This document shows, in pieces, positions 1 to 13,500 of a stretch of DNA of 64,000 nucleotides. The position numbers and the translations under genes were made by a program. Within the stretch, counting starts at the first letter, position 1, and every line of letters begins with the position of its first letter. This DNA comes from Octopus bimaculoides (lineage: Eukaryota). Where the stretch lies: positions 35,912,002 to 35,976,001 of the forward strand of contig NC_068988.1 in assembly GCF_001194135.2 (NCBI RefSeq), given 5' to 3'. The notes under the pieces were generated by a model that saw only the letters and a program-made list of their open reading frames with translations, was not told where the DNA came from and ran no database searches.

Positions 1-104
1 AAGAAGAAGAAGAAGAAGAAGAAAAAAAAGAAGAAGAAGAAAAAGAAGAAGAAGAAGAAGAAGAAGAAGAAGAAGAAGAAGAAGAAGAAGAAGAAGAAGA
101 AGAA
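1..104 (+). repeat. (AAG)n microsatellite
   Basis: Near-perfect AAG run at the window start. Confidence 0.98.
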
Positions 105-361
105 ACCTTGCATGGAATTTATAAATATTAATGCATCGCTATGTAATATATCTCTCATATAATATACGCGCCAAGCGCGTTTGCAACACAAGCCGCATGT
201 TTCTTAAGATCACGGTCCATATTCTTGCGATAATTACAATGGTTTTCGTGATGTCTATACATACCACGGATTGCACTGTAATCACCTCAGGGATACGGAC
301 TACGACATTAAGAAACATTTGACTAGTGGAAACGCACGTATTCATTAAAGTATGTATAAAT

Positions 362-405
362 TTTATTATTATTATCGCTCGTTATTATTGTTATTATTAT
401 TTTTA

Positions 406-469
<64 letters not shown>

Positions 470-484
470 GTGTGTGTGTGTGTG
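362..484 (+). repeat. (ATT)n microsatellite followed by short (GT)n
   Basis: Direct reading; explains the poly-I and poly-N ORFs in the track. Confidence 0.95.
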
Positions 485-1852
485 ATGTGGTTGACAGTAA
501 ATCTTATTTTGCTCGAGCTCGGTTATAAACACTTGCATTTCGTATGATTTCAGATGCAAAATTTCATACGTAGAGACATGCAATTATTATTCATTGATAA
601 ACGAAATAATTTCGTCTAAAAGACAAAAAAAAAAAAATATGAAATATTGCATTGAGCTGACACTTTATATAATTCATCTCAAATAAATATCAAACAGCTG
701 CGAAGCTATAAAAATTTTCACCATGTATAATGTGTATAAGAAATCTTATGAACTTTAAATATTTTATGTTTTTCATGTCAGATAGATAAATATTTGTAGC
801 GATTTATTAAAAAATATATTTTCTTTCTTCCTTGATGTTAAGACTTCAAAAGTATCAGCGTTCCAGAAATGATACTATATATTTTCGAAGTTAGATCCAG
901 GCCCATATAGAATACGCTTATACAGACAGTAAGCGATGATGATGAAAACTATAGCAATATATGTATATATTCTGTTTTATATTTTCTTCTAGATAGCTCA
1001 GAATACTATGGTTTTAAGCAATTCTTTAAGTACAAATATTAAAAGAAGTATATGCACTGTGAACTAGAAAACCAGTTTGGATGCAAAAAATAGAAAAAAT
1101 AAAGAAACCCTTAAAATTTAACAAAACGCTATATTACTATTGGATCATATTTCAATTGTGCACTAATATTATATCTTAGTTTCTCTATTCAAAATTAATG
1201 TCTATTGTAGAATCTGCTTTAAAGTTAAATTTGCTGTATTTTGAACGAGGCAGAACGTCGCTCTCAGTTGCTCGTTACAATCCTGATACTATTATTTCAG
1301 TAATGACCTAGATTAATGGAAATCGCAATATGCTTACGAATTTCACATAAACCAATAACTTTCTGAATTTGTAAACTTTTTCACTGTGCATTAAATGTAG
1401 AAAACATATTTTCATTCCATTCTCTATTCTCCTGAGAATATTTATTAAAGGTACACAAGAAAAGTTATTTACAATATTCCACACATTAAACGAGTCGTCG
1501 ACTTTATAAGTAAGGATATGTAAACTTTCAAGTAGGCACTTGTAACTCATAGAATTGTTTTTGAAACATTAAAAGATATTGTCTTTCTGTACAGTTTATA
1601 CCATCTACATAATCTAGATAAAATTGAACTAACCAGGTCAAACTAGGTGGGTGCTTTTTCTAGGACTCGTTGTCAACGCAGAGATGTTTGGTCTCCCCAG
1701 AAGAAATAAGTATAGTGACGCCAAGCATATTTACTAAGTAATATATCACGTGAATATGGACTTCTTTCAAAGTCATTCATAAAACAAGCGTACGCATCTA
1801 TATATGTACATTAGAATGTCTAAAATTATTATGCCCATGGGCATATGCCCGA

Positions 1853-1959
1853 GAGCATATGGTGTATTAGTTAAAAGCGTGGTCTACTGACCCCAAGATT
1901 CCGAGTTCGATTCCAGGCAGTGACCTGAATATTCAAATAATAATAATAATAATAATAAT
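1853..1959 (+). mobile_element. Short tRNA-derived SINE (family 1) with (AAT)n tail
   Basis: A-box-like TGGTGTATTAGTTAAAAG and B-box GAGTTCGATTCC (1903-1914), ending GCAGTGACCTGA followed by AAT repeats. A second copy lies on the minus strand at 22631-22708. Confidence 0.85.
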
Positions 1960-3587
1960 GTTGAGCGATTGCTTGGAAAAAGTATGGCGAATTGGAGAAC
2001 GGACTTGACAGCATACGTAAGAAGTTTAGGGACAGTAGAAATTAGGAGGGACATCTTCCAAGGGGTCTGCCTGTCTCCACTGATTTTTGTACTGTTCGTG
2101 ATACCACTAACACTGATTCTGAGGAAAGCAAAAGCTGGGTAAGTATTCAAAAGCCACGAAAAATATAGTCAATCATTTGTTATTCATGGACGACCTCAGA
2201 CTTTATGGTACAGATGAATCCGAAGTCAGCTCCCTCGTTGATACGGTGTATATATGAGAATGGAGTTCGGACTGAGAAAGTGTGGTTTGCTAGTCTTGAA
2301 GAGATGCAAAAATCAAATGTATGGATGGGCTAACGATATCGTCGGAGGAGGCTATGAAGCAAATAGAAGAGACGAGCTATAAGTACATGGGGATTTTAGA
2401 AATGGATAAATGAATGGAGAAAGAAATGACAGAAAAATTTAAGGTAGAGTTGTGCGCAGACTGAAGCTAAATCTAAATCGAAATTAAACAGACGGAATAA
2501 GATCGAAGCTATCAACACCTGGGCGGTTTCAGTCCTTGGATATGGATCAGGTGTAATCGCATGGGCAGTAGACGAACTAAACAGCTTAGACAGAAAGACA
2601 AGGAAGTTTCTAACTAGATATGGGTCAGAAAAATATTAGAAGTAAGTAAAATATAGAACTGGAAGGTCAGGCTTGTGCAGGATGAAAGATTGCAATGATA
2701 AAGCACTGTACGAGAAACTGAAAATAGGTGGATAATGAAAAGAATGCATGGTCAATTTCATAGGGATGTTGAAGATAAGACAGACAGAAAAAAAAGATGG
2801 CTGTAGATGAATAAAATTGATTTAACACCATAAAAGGAGACTCTAATCTGTGCTGCCCAAGAGCATGTACTAAGAACAAACTACATAAAATACAGAATAG
2901 ACAACACTGCAGATAGTGATAAGTGCAGAATCTGTGGACAAAACGGTGAAAAGGCATAGCATATTACTAGCCAACGTACGCCACGAACCCGGAAGGAATA
3001 TAAGAGACACCATGACAATGTAGCCAGTCTTGTCAATTGGACACTTTGCAACATGTATGGACTTGACAGAGCAAAAACGTTGGTACGACGACAAACCTGA
3101 AGGCATCGTCGAAAATAAAAATGCAAGGATCCTATGGGATTTTATGATTCAGTGTGACCATGAGATAGAGAGTAGGAAGCCGGACAGTGTTAATTGAGAA
3201 AGAAAACAAACTATGCTGGATCATATATACAGCATGCCCAACTAATAACAAGGTATGCGATAAGGAAGAAAAAAAGTCGAGAGATATGACATGTTAGCTT
3301 GGTACCTTAAGCAGTTCAGTTCGATGAAAAAGGTTGCAGTAGTACCAAGAAATGTTGGAGCCCTGGGAACATTGAGCAAACACTTAGAGAATTACGTGGA
3401 ACGAATAGGGGCTGCAATAAGTGTGGAGCATTTGCAGAAAACAGCACTGCTTGGAACCACTCGAATGCTCCAGAAGGTGCTCGAGAAATAAATGGTATTA
3501 CCTTAGTTCACTGGTGGTGAACAGCTGACACTGTAGTTCATTTCCAGGGTTAGAAGCTGTGCAAAGGCAATAATGATAATAATAACA
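1960..3587 (+). mobile_element. 5'-truncated R4/Dong-like non-LTR retrotransposon (RT + CCHC + REL endonuclease), subfamily A, degenerate
   Basis: Frame-broken translation gives DIFQGVCLSPLIFV, NHLLFMDDLRLYG, CRICGQNG and an RKPD REL motif. The 3' end GTTAGAAGCTGTGCAAAGGC is followed by an AAT-type tail. Similar to 11800-13520. Confidence 0.9.
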
Positions 3588-3738
3588 TCTACAAATACCT
3601 TAGGAACGAGAACCTAGGTTCGAAATTTCCCCAAAATACCTGATGAAGGCTGGGGGGTATATCAACCGAAACGTTGTGTTAACAACAAACAAAATGAGGA
3701 CAAATATCCGTCAAATGTAAATAATGTAAATAAAAGCT
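3588..3738 (+). mobile_element. Penelope-like terminal repeat (pLTR-like) fragment containing a hammerhead
   Basis: Hammerhead core followed by AACAACAAACAAAATGAGGACAAATATCCGTCAAATGTAAATAATG. The same tail recurs inverted at 21995-22085. Confidence 0.7.
3635..3680 (+). ncRNA. Minimal type I hammerhead ribozyme motif (HHR-1)
   Basis: AAUAC-CUGAUGA-A-GGCUG-(GGGGGUAUAU)-CAACC-GAAA-CG-UU-GUGUU. Helix I AAUAC/GUGUU; helix II has one C.A mismatch; helix III is the palindrome ACGU; predicted GUU cleavage between 3675 and 3676. Confidence 0.8.
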
Positions 3739-3741
3739 GAC

Positions 3742-4450
3742 CTAATAATGGCTGTTCAGTGGCATTTTCTGACATACCATGCTATGTTGTTTTCTTCTGC
3801 TCTAATGCTATCTTCCCTCCAATAAGCCCTCTTACCCCTCTTTTTCTTGGTACATACAGTCTGTCTGTGTTACTTTTCGGGTGGAGTGTCCCATATCTAG
3901 TGAGCAACTTCCTTGTCTTTCTGTCTAAGCTGTTTAGTTCATCTACTGTCCTTGCGATTACACCTGCTCCATATCTAAGGAGTGAAACTCCTCAGGTGTG
4001 AATAGCTCGAATCGTATTACGTCTGTTTAATTTCGATTTAAGTATCTGTCACAGTCTGCGCAAGTACCCTCCTTAAATTTTTCTGTCATTTCTTTCTCTA
4101 TCAAATTATCTATTTCCAATTTCCCCATGTACCTATAGCCCGTCTCTCCTATCAACTTCATAAACTCCCCGACGGTATTGTTAGCCCGTCCATACATTTG
4201 ATTTTGCCTCTCTTCAAGACTAATACATCACACGTTCTCAGTTCGAACTCCATTCTGATATCAGCATTGAAATTATACACCGTATCAACGAGGTAACTGA
4301 CTTGCGATTCATCTGTACCATAAGGTCTGAGGTCATCGATGAATAATATATGGTTGACTTTTTGGTGGCGGCTTTTGAATACATACCCAGCTCTTGATTT
4401 CTTTAGAATCAGTGTTAGTAGTATCAAGCACAGTTCAAAGATCAGTGGGG
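3742..4450 (-). mobile_element. R4/Dong-like RT fragment, subfamily A
   Basis: ORF 4158-4427 reads LTLILKKSRAGYVFKSRHQKVNHILFIDDLRPYGTDE, matching 2100-2330 on the opposite strand. Confidence 0.9.
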
Positions 4451-4451
4451 A

Positions 4452-4548
4452 TCATTAGGGGACATGCTCAACTGGTTAAGGTTCAAACACTGATAATTAA
4501 ATCTTTGGTATTCAGCAGAATATTTCCTGTAGGCCATCTTTTATACCA
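4452..4548 (+). repeat. Fragment of an unclassified dispersed repeat (same family as 4928-5358)
   Basis: GGGACATGCTCAACTGGTTAAGGT(T/C)CAAAC is shared with 5302-5332. Confidence 0.7.
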
Positions 4549-4550
4549 AT

Positions 4551-4578
4551 ATTATCATCATCATCATCATCATCATCA

Positions 4579-4637
<59 letters not shown>

Positions 4638-4639
4638 GT

Positions 4640-4665
<26 letters not shown>
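4551..4665 (+). repeat. Compound (CAT)n(TAT)n(TGT)n microsatellite
   Basis: Direct reading. Confidence 0.97.
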
Positions 4666-4667
<2 letters not shown>

Positions 4668-4670
<3 letters not shown>

Positions 4671-4905
4671 TTTTCCTTCTCTTCAAATTTTCTTCCATTT
4701 CTCGCAGGGTGTTTTACGTACACCTAGGGCAGCAAAGCTCATGGAATGCATTCCCATTTTACACACGAAAATTCGCAGGTAAAAGATGTATTTAAAAAAT
4801 AAATAAATATATAAATACATGAAGGGATGTTGTTTCCATAGCGATAATGCTCTTCTCAGTACATGAGTCGTTCCAGTTAACACGATTTTTTGCATTTCCT
4901 GTAAG
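4668..4905 (-). mobile_element. 3' end of an R4/Dong-like element, subfamily B
   Basis: LQEMQKIVLTGTTHVLRRALS resembles the C-terminal LQK.ALLGT..ILR..L motif of this clade. Flanked by (AAT)n on its 5' side and the compound trinucleotide tract on its 3' side. Confidence 0.7.
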
Positions 4906-4927
4906 GTATTATTATTATTATTCAGTG

Positions 4928-5358
4928 AGATATCAGTGCATGCCATCAAGTGACATTGGGGTAAAATATACGAAACTCAATATACCCATCCTGATTACCC
5001 GTCTGATAAGGATACACAAGGCACATACATCACAACCGTATGTGCGTGGCATGGTGATCTCATATCAAGATAAACAGCGCATGACCTCGCAGGTGGGGCT
5101 CAGTTAGAATTTTCTTCAGGTCGAGTAGCCCATCTCGCTCAAAAGGTCCCTGAATAAGGTTTGTTTAAAGATGTTGATCTAAACACTCATGTTTCCAAAG
5201 GTGAATTATTCAAACCCCAAAGAATTCATCTCAACACATGACTATGATGCACCCTCACTACTTCTGCTCGTGATCAGAGATGCACATATCGTCAGCTACC
5301 AAGGGACATGCTCAACTGGTTAAGGTCAAACATCTGACTAGCAAATTTGTGGTATTGC
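4928..5358 (+). repeat. Unclassified interspersed repeat, about 430 bp
   Basis: Higher GC than the flanks; partial second copy at 4452-4548; no ORF homology recognised. Confidence 0.6.
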
Positions 5359-6182
5359 CATTTATTTAGGTTAATTACCGTAACTTAATATGATACAACA
5401 TTAATGGTTAATTATATTTACAATCCATCTTTAATTTTCCTTCCTTATAAACGTTTATTTACATAACTAATCGTATATAAAGTATTCATTGGATTCTCTC
5501 CCTTTCTCCTTCCAATTACAATAAATTTTTATTACCATTATTATTAACTTGAATATTTTTCTGCGGTTCAGTATGTCTTCCTTTAATTTAAACTCTTAGT
5601 ATAGCGTTCATGGCCTCTCTCCCTAATCANNNNNNNNNNNNNNNNNNNNNNNNNNNNNNNNNNNNNNNNNNNNNNNNNNNNNNNNNNNNNNNNNNNNNNN
5701 NNNNNNNNNNNNNNNNNNNNNNNNNNNNNNNNNNNNNNNNNNNNNNNNNNNNNNNNNNNNNNNNNNNNNNNNNNNNNNNNNNNNNNNNNNNNNNNNNNNN
5801 NNNNNNNNNNNNNNNNNNNNNNNNNNNNNNNNNNNNNNNNNNNNNNNNNNNNNNNNNNNNNNNNNNNNNNNNNNNNNNNNNNNNNNNNNNNNNNNNNNNN
5901 NNNNNNNNNNNNNNNNNNNNNNNNNNNNNNNNNNNNNNNNNNNNNNNNNNNNNNNNNNNNNNNNNNNNNNNNNNNNNNNNNNNNNNNNNNNNNNNNCATC
6001 ACAGCACATAATTTTGTCAGTGAACAGGTCGCGGTCTCAAAGCGACAAAAATATTTTGACAAATTAAATATAAATGTTGAAGTGAATCTGACAGCTTTTG
6101 TGTGTTATTTTAAATGGCTTATAAACACCTTCCACGCTGCAATTGTTTTCTTTCCAGCACACGATCTCAGATCATGTCATCT

Positions 6183-6216
<34 letters not shown>

Positions 6217-8059
6217 AATGAGGTTTGTCTGCTTACGTTTGACATGGCTGTGTATATGTACTGCAGTTTAAAATTTGACTTTCACAGTAAATAATCAGTA
6301 ATTAGAACGCTATTTGGATTCATGTTTCTACTATTGCACTCGTATTATTTGATATGAACCCACAGTTTGGGAATGTCACAGTGTTTAGATGGAAAAGCAA
6401 ACATAGGTGGTTGTTTATATAAGATCTTATAAAAAATACTTTGCGCTTTATTTTATTTTACCCCCGTGCACGCACACGTACATGTGAGATTGGATCTGAA
6501 TGTCTGCCTATATGTGTGTAATTGAACAAATTGCTGTTGAATAATTCATCACATATTCAAAAAGATACCCTTCTAGACATATAAATGAAGGAATGGTTAC
6601 CATTAGAATGCCTACGATTATAGTTCTGCTTGATATGTGGCTTAAAATAACAGCAAGCACAAGAAATTTACAATAAATTCTTTATGTTGATAGGTGGTCT
6701 GCTACAAATATCAGCAAAATATTCTCAGATCCTATATCGCAATGTTAAAAGTGGAACGATATATATAAGCCTGTGAGAACAAGGTCGGGAAGTTACGTGA
6801 ATAACGTTTTTGTTGCGCTATGAAATCTGACTTGCGGCATATGTAAAAAAAAACAATATTGCAGATAACTAGAGTTTGAAACTTATCTGCTGAGTCTCTA
6901 CCTTTGTTAAGTGTTTACGTTAGTGGATAACATGTGCTTATAATCATAAAGTCGTCGTATCGATTCCCGAGTCTGCCGAGTTTCAATCTGTGCAAGTTAA
7001 TTCACTCCATGTCACTCTGGTATGAAAATAAGTGGGAACAGAAGCAACAGCAGCCTGTAGCTTCCACTTTTTCCCTTGAAAAGACTAGTCGGCATCAAGT
7101 CTGTCGGTTTTCAAGATTAAGTAGTGAGCGTTCGACTCTCTAGTTTAGCATTATGAAGCTGATTACATGACAGCACGAGTTATCTAATTGACCATCACTT
7201 TAAGATGAACATGGGTAATGATACTGGTGAGGATGATGACGAAGTCAACCACATAATACTTACTATCTAAAGTGGAAGGATTGCAACAGTCTGAATTCAA
7301 TCTTATGCGGTAAATGCATTGTATACAATATGTTTATAGACAGAATTTTAAGAGCTTGATCCATGAATACAAATCAGACCCATTTAAATAGTTTACTCAG
7401 ATTCTTAACCAATTTTACTACAATCCTATGATCATTCATAAGTATTAATATCCAAACATTACTAATATTGCTTGCGTAGTTAGTTTTAGATGTACGATTT
7501 CAATACTGATACAATATGTGGATTTGCACGTTGGTAGTTTCGTTGACGTTATGTATAAATTTATGGATGGGCTCAGAATATATTGACTGTTGTTAATGCA
7601 TATTTAGCGAGACGCATATGGTATATACAGTAATACAAATTGAGAGAAAAATCAGAGAACAGTGTAATAATATTTGCTCAGAGAGCAGTGTAATAATGCT
7701 TACTCGTTAAATAGGGATTAATCAAGCTGAAACTCAGCTGGTGCAAATGTGATGGAGCCATTCCTCACTGTAGATTCTACGCTTATTTATTTAGCAATTT
7801 AGCAATCTAAAAATGCGATGATGTTAATTTGTAACTTGCGACCCACTGCCACAAATTGCTATAATATTTACTAGGTTCGAATTTTATAAGTACTGCCGAA
7901 AATTATAATATGAGCAATTCTGGGCGTTTTCCATTTCTTGTGTTAAAGGGTGACTGTTACAATCAATTGTATAATATCTTTCAAACAATACCACTCTGTG
8001 TCAAAAACATATATACACTAGTGTATGCAATGAAATAAGAATTATATCTGCATCAGAGG

Positions 8060-9560
8060 TGCCAAGCGTTTATATACCTAGCACAAGAACAACAACGAAG
8101 GCAACAGCAAAGTTTATAACATCGAAATTTAAAGATAGAAGAAGAAGAAGAAGAAGAAGAAGAAGAAGAAGAAGAAGAAGAAGAAGAAGAAGAAGAAGAA
8201 GAAGAAGAAGAAGAAGAAGAAGAAGAAGAAGAAGAAGAAGAAGAAGAAGAAGGGATGCTGCAAGGGTCCATACGGCTGTAAAGATCAGCTGTTGATCAAT
8301 AAGGCTATAACTAAAGACAGCTGCAGAAAGAAGAAATGTATAAGTATAACCTGGATCGATTATTACCGAAATACTTTTGATACTTTCAACCAGGAGTGAC
8401 TCTAACGATGGCAAGAAAAGTCCCTTCACGGCAAATACTGTGTTAAACTAAACGCAAAAGAAATATATAAAGCAAAATCCTAAAAATGGCTGAGAAGCTA
8501 AGGACTGAAGGATTTTTAATTGTAGCACAAACCGAAGTTTTCCCTCCAGAAATTACCAAAAGCATGTAATGAAAAGAAATACAAGTAACTGCAGATTATG
8601 TGGAGAAGGACAAGAAACATTAAATCCTTATGTCTTAAACAACTAAAATATAACACCCAGAAATGAAAGAGAAAATTACGAGGGAGTATTACAGAAGAGT
8701 TAGGTTAATATTAGACACCGAACTTAATGTTAAACATGAGATAATAGGGACAAACACGATTGCCATAAAAGACATAAATTGCAGCTTTAACATAAGATGG
8801 ATGATCAGTGAATTGAGAAACCAAGATAGAAAACCAGAAAACTATTAACAGCGTACCGAATTCACCACCCCAAAGCAAACGCAGACAAAATATATCTACC
8901 TCACTCAGAGAAGGTGGCCGTGGCCTGATACAGATAGAAAACTATTATAAAATAACAACAGTTCTACTAGGAAAGTACTTATAAACAAATAATAGAAGTC
9001 TACAGCGTGTAATAGAGCAACACGAGAAAAAAAAAGCTTTCCTCTATACAGATCTAGGCGACATATTACAAAATAGAAATAAACAACGCTGATAGATTGA
9101 CATCAGATGATAACATAGCAGAAATGGTGAAAGAGACAAACAAACAACATAAAAACAGAAGTACAAACCATCACCTGGGATTTGCCGGTTCAAACGGACA
9201 AAGAATAAAAGCTAAAATCTCAGACATAATAATCTCAGACATAATAACCAAGGATTGGAGAAAAAAACACCTGCTTACTGATAAACATTGTAGTCCATTC
9301 TGATCAAAATGTTGTTCAAAAAGAAGTGGTGAAATTGTCTAGGTACAAAGATCTCGAAATTGAAGTATTCAAGATGTGGCCTGTGAAGTTGAAAACAATA
9401 CCAATAATAATTGGAGTATTGGGCATGATAAAAATAATATGATCAAAAACGTAGAAGCTACACCTCGATCCTCAGAATTACACAAAGAGTTTTCACATTC
9501 CCAATAACAACAAGAAAAAAAAACACTCAATGCTGCCCTCACCCCAGCAACATGGGAGTA
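8060..9560 (+). mobile_element. Degenerate R4/Dong-like retrotransposon, subfamily B, interrupted by (AAG)n
   Basis: Translates to GC.KGPYGCKDQLLINKAI..WIDY, EKITREYYRRVRLILDTELN, HHPKANADKIYLP..EGGRGL and YKDLEIEVFKMW..KTIPIIIGVLG. An (AAT)n tract follows at 9617-9672. Confidence 0.85.
8137..8252 (+). repeat. (AAG)n microsatellite
   Basis: Perfect AAG run. Confidence 0.98.
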
Positions 9561-9610
9561 TAGAGGGTAAAGCTGTAAAAATTGCCTCATTCTACCAAAT
9601 TTTGAACAAT

Positions 9611-9673
<63 letters not shown>

Positions 9674-10511
9674 GTCAAGACGAAGAGCGCGATTTTATAG
9701 TAATAGATATTTTGTTGGNNNNNNNNNNNNNNNNNNNNNNNNNNNNNNNNNNNNNNNNNNNNNNNNGAAAAACCAGCATCCACGCATTTGATGGAATGGC
9801 AACATCAATCTTTAAGTTTCAATTTTATAACAGGCGAATAAGAAAAAGACAGAAAGAAAGACAAAAGAAAAAAGAAAAGGAAAAAGGAAGAAGAATATTT
9901 AATCAAACAGTTTTGTATAAATTTGATGATATTCTCCTGTCATTTTATTTATTCCTCCAGGGCGTGATGTTAATAACCTGCAAACATATTTTGCCTCACG
10001 CATTTTGAGAAGTGAAAGAGAAGCAGATTCAGAATATTATCTGAGAATATTCACTTTCAACTCGTTTTCAAAATTGTAGCCGTTTGAAGCAAAATGTTCA
10101 GTAAGTTCTGTCAAACAACGGTTATTGTGCATGACGTCATATCTGTGAGGCATTTTTTGTCTCGTTACCGCACAGGAATGCCCATTGCTGATCACTTCAC
10201 CATCTGGCGAATTTATTTACAGACCTGTGGAATTTTATCTATTGACCAAGCTGTTTCTCTTGCTCTTGCTATTCCCTTAAACCCTCACATACTTATGATT
10301 ATCTCAAGTACAAGGCAAATGTTGAAACTAAACAACATTTAATAACACCGTTTAAAAATAAATGGAAATAATAATAAAGATGGTATTAATGGTGCTGGTG
10401 GTAACAATGATAATAATAATAATTTAGCCAAAACTCATATCGGATCAGAGGAAATATCAATAATGGCAAATAGTAAAAACATGAAAATAATAATAATAAT
10501 AATAATAATAA

Positions 10512-13500
10512 TGAAAGGAAGCGGTTGGAATCTCCCTATGCTCTGATTGATGATACATCTAGTGATGATGTTACAATAAAAATATTGGTAATTGCGTAAC
10601 CATATGAATTACAATAAAAATCAAAATATTGTAAATAACAGTGGTAATGAAACTGTAGCATTTGATGGTGAGTGTTGCACGCGGCAGGCTCACAGATACT
10701 GGTCCAACGCCAGTTAGTCGTTATCCAGCAAAGGACCAACACACATGGCGTAGATGGAACAAACAAGTTAATGCTGTGGTCATGGAGTATTACTACCTCT
10801 GCAACCCCTTAGACAAAAATGGTGTTCCTTTTAGGGGATACCGACAACGTGTGCATGATCAAAAAGAAAGAAGAGGATTGTTTCAACTCATGGAAACGAG
10901 ATTATGTGATCAAGCTAGAGTATTAAAGAAAAATCGCTGGTCCACAAAATTAGAGCACGAAGCTATCAATAGACGGGTATTGGAACACAGCAGCAGAGAA
11001 AACGATGATTATACAGTTCCTACTGATAAATGTAATCTCGTAGCAGAAAACAGAGGTGAAATATCTAATAAACTACAGGAAAGGAACACATAGATGGTTT
11101 GGAAAAAGACAATAAAACCAAAGGTTTACATGACAGATGGGCAAAAGGCAATCTACGACAGATAAAGGTAAGGCTACAGGAGAGCGATAGTGACATTATT
11201 TCCAACCTTAAAAAAGTAGGTTCATCGGTGGACATCGAACCAAGAAATGAAAAATGTGAATGAAATTCTGAAATATATCAGAACAAGCAACATCTCAGAA
11301 GCAAACAATTTGATCAAGACAGCAAGTATTGTTATAGCAGAAAAAGTGGGTGTTGATGTCAAGTAAAAGAAATATAAAGGGAGTGAAAAAAGAAAAGATC
11401 GATGGTGAATAAGAGTACAGTGGGGTTAGATTTTCTCTCGAAGGACATTGCTGTGTAACACTGAAAAGAGAAAGGGGTGCTTAAAAGCGAAGAAAAATAT
11501 AGGGCACAGAGCAGAAAGTATGATATTGAAGAAAAATGCCTGAAAGTGACTAGCACAGTCAATGTACGGACACCTGAAAAAAATGGAGTCCTGCCACATG
11601 AGCAGAAGGGATGCAGACATAAGTGCAGAGCTACCAAGGAACAACTCTTGGTAGACAAAACTGTACTTAGATACTACAAGAGGTGGAAAACTTGCTTAGT
11701 CAGATCATGGATCGATTATCACAAGACGTATGATATGATCCTACAATCTTGGATCAAAAAATGTATGAACTAATTTGGTATTGCATCGAATACTGAGCAA
11801 TTGTTTGGAAAAATATAGCGAAGAGGAGGATGGAACGGACAACATGTAGAAGAAGGTTAGAGAGAATAGAAATCAGGGGAGGGATCTTCCAAGGGGACTA
11901 CTTGTCCCCTTTAGTCTTTGTACAGTGCCATTTACAACTTACACTAATTCTAAGGAAAGCAAACGCTGAGTATGCATTCAAAAGCTGCCAACAAAATGTC
12001 AGTCACTTTTTAGTCATGAATGACGTCAAAATTTATAGTAAGGATGAATCCCAAGTCCGTTTCCTCGTTGATACGGTGTATACCTTCAGTGCTGGTATCA
12101 GAATGGAGTTCGGACTGAAAAGTGTGGTGTCTTAGTCTTGAACGCAGGCAAAATCAAATGTATGGACAGGCTAGCGATACCGTCGGGGGAGGTTATGAAG
12201 CTGATAGAAGATACGGGCTATAAGTACTTGGGGTTATTAGAAATGAATAAATTGATGGAGCAAGAAATGACAGAAAAATTTAAGATGGAGTACTTGCGTA
12301 GACTGAGACTGATCCTTAAGTCGAATTTAAACGGACGTAATAAGATTGAAGCTATCAACTTGGGCGGTTTCACACCTTAGATATGGAGCAGGTGTAATCG
12401 CATGGACAGTAGATGAACTAAACAGCTTAGACAGAAAGACATGGACATTGCTGACTAGATATGGGACACTCCACCCAAAAAGTGACACAGAGAGACTGTA
12501 TGTACCAAGAAAAAGAATGGAAAAAGGACTGAGTAGATGCGAACACCGCTTTAGAGCAGGAGAAAATAACATATCATGGTATGTAAAAAATGCACAGAAC
12601 CACTATTATTGGAAGTAAGAAGGTCAGGCTTGTGTAGGAAGGAAGATTTCAAAGAGAAAACACCGTACAAGCACTTCAGAACGAATGAAACTCAAAATAG
12701 GTGGGTAAAGAAAAGAATGCATGGACAATTTCATAGAGATGTTGAAGATACGACAGTCAGAGAATAAAGATGGCTATAGATGACTAAATGTGATTTCAAA
12801 CAGGAAACGGAGGCTCTAATCTGTGCTTACCAAAATCAGGCATGAAGAAAGAATTACATCAATTACAGAATATACAACACATCAGAAAGTGGTAAATGCA
12901 GAATTTGTAGACAAAATGTTGAAACCGTATGGCACATTGCCGATCAATGTACGCCACTAGCCCAGAGAGAATATAAGAGACGCCATGACAATATAGGCGG
13001 ATTGTCCATTGGACACTTTGAAAGAAGTATGGACTTGACAGAGCAAAAATTGGTACAACCATAAACCCGAAAGAATCATCGAAAATGATAATTTAAAGAT
13101 TCAATGGGATTTTATAATTCAGTGCTACTATGAGTTAGAGAATAGGAAACCAGACATAGTGTTAATTGAGAAAGAAATCAAACGATGCTGGATCGGAGAT
13201 ATACCATGCCCCGCTGACAACAAGGTATGCGATAAGGAAGAAAGAAAATGTGGTAGTCGTATCTATAATTGTCGGAGCCCTGGTCAGCTTGGGAAATAAC
13301 TGTTAGGGACCTGGAACAGTGAGTAAAAATCTTGAGAATTACATGGAACAAATAGGGGCTACAATAAGGGTGGATCACTTGCAAAAATCAGCACTGCCTG
13401 GTTGCGCTCGAATACTACGGAATGTGTTCGAAAAATAAAGGGTAGTGAACAGCTGGCACCATAGTACATCTCCAGCGTTAGAAGCTGTACAAAGACAATA

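Noticed and set aside
131-322. Plus-strand ORF with a signal-peptide-like hydrophobic stretch
   Set aside because: Short, no recognisable homology, no supporting splice structure; AT-rich DNA commonly gives such peptides.
1853-1928. Possible tRNA gene (also 22631-22708 and other SINE heads)
   Set aside because: The boxes are present but the cloverleaf is degenerate and the unit ends in a microsatellite tail, so it is treated as a SINE.
10400-10660. HDV-like ribozyme expected at an R4-type 5' end
   Set aside because: I could not find the nested double-pseudoknot pairings in this AT-rich stretch.
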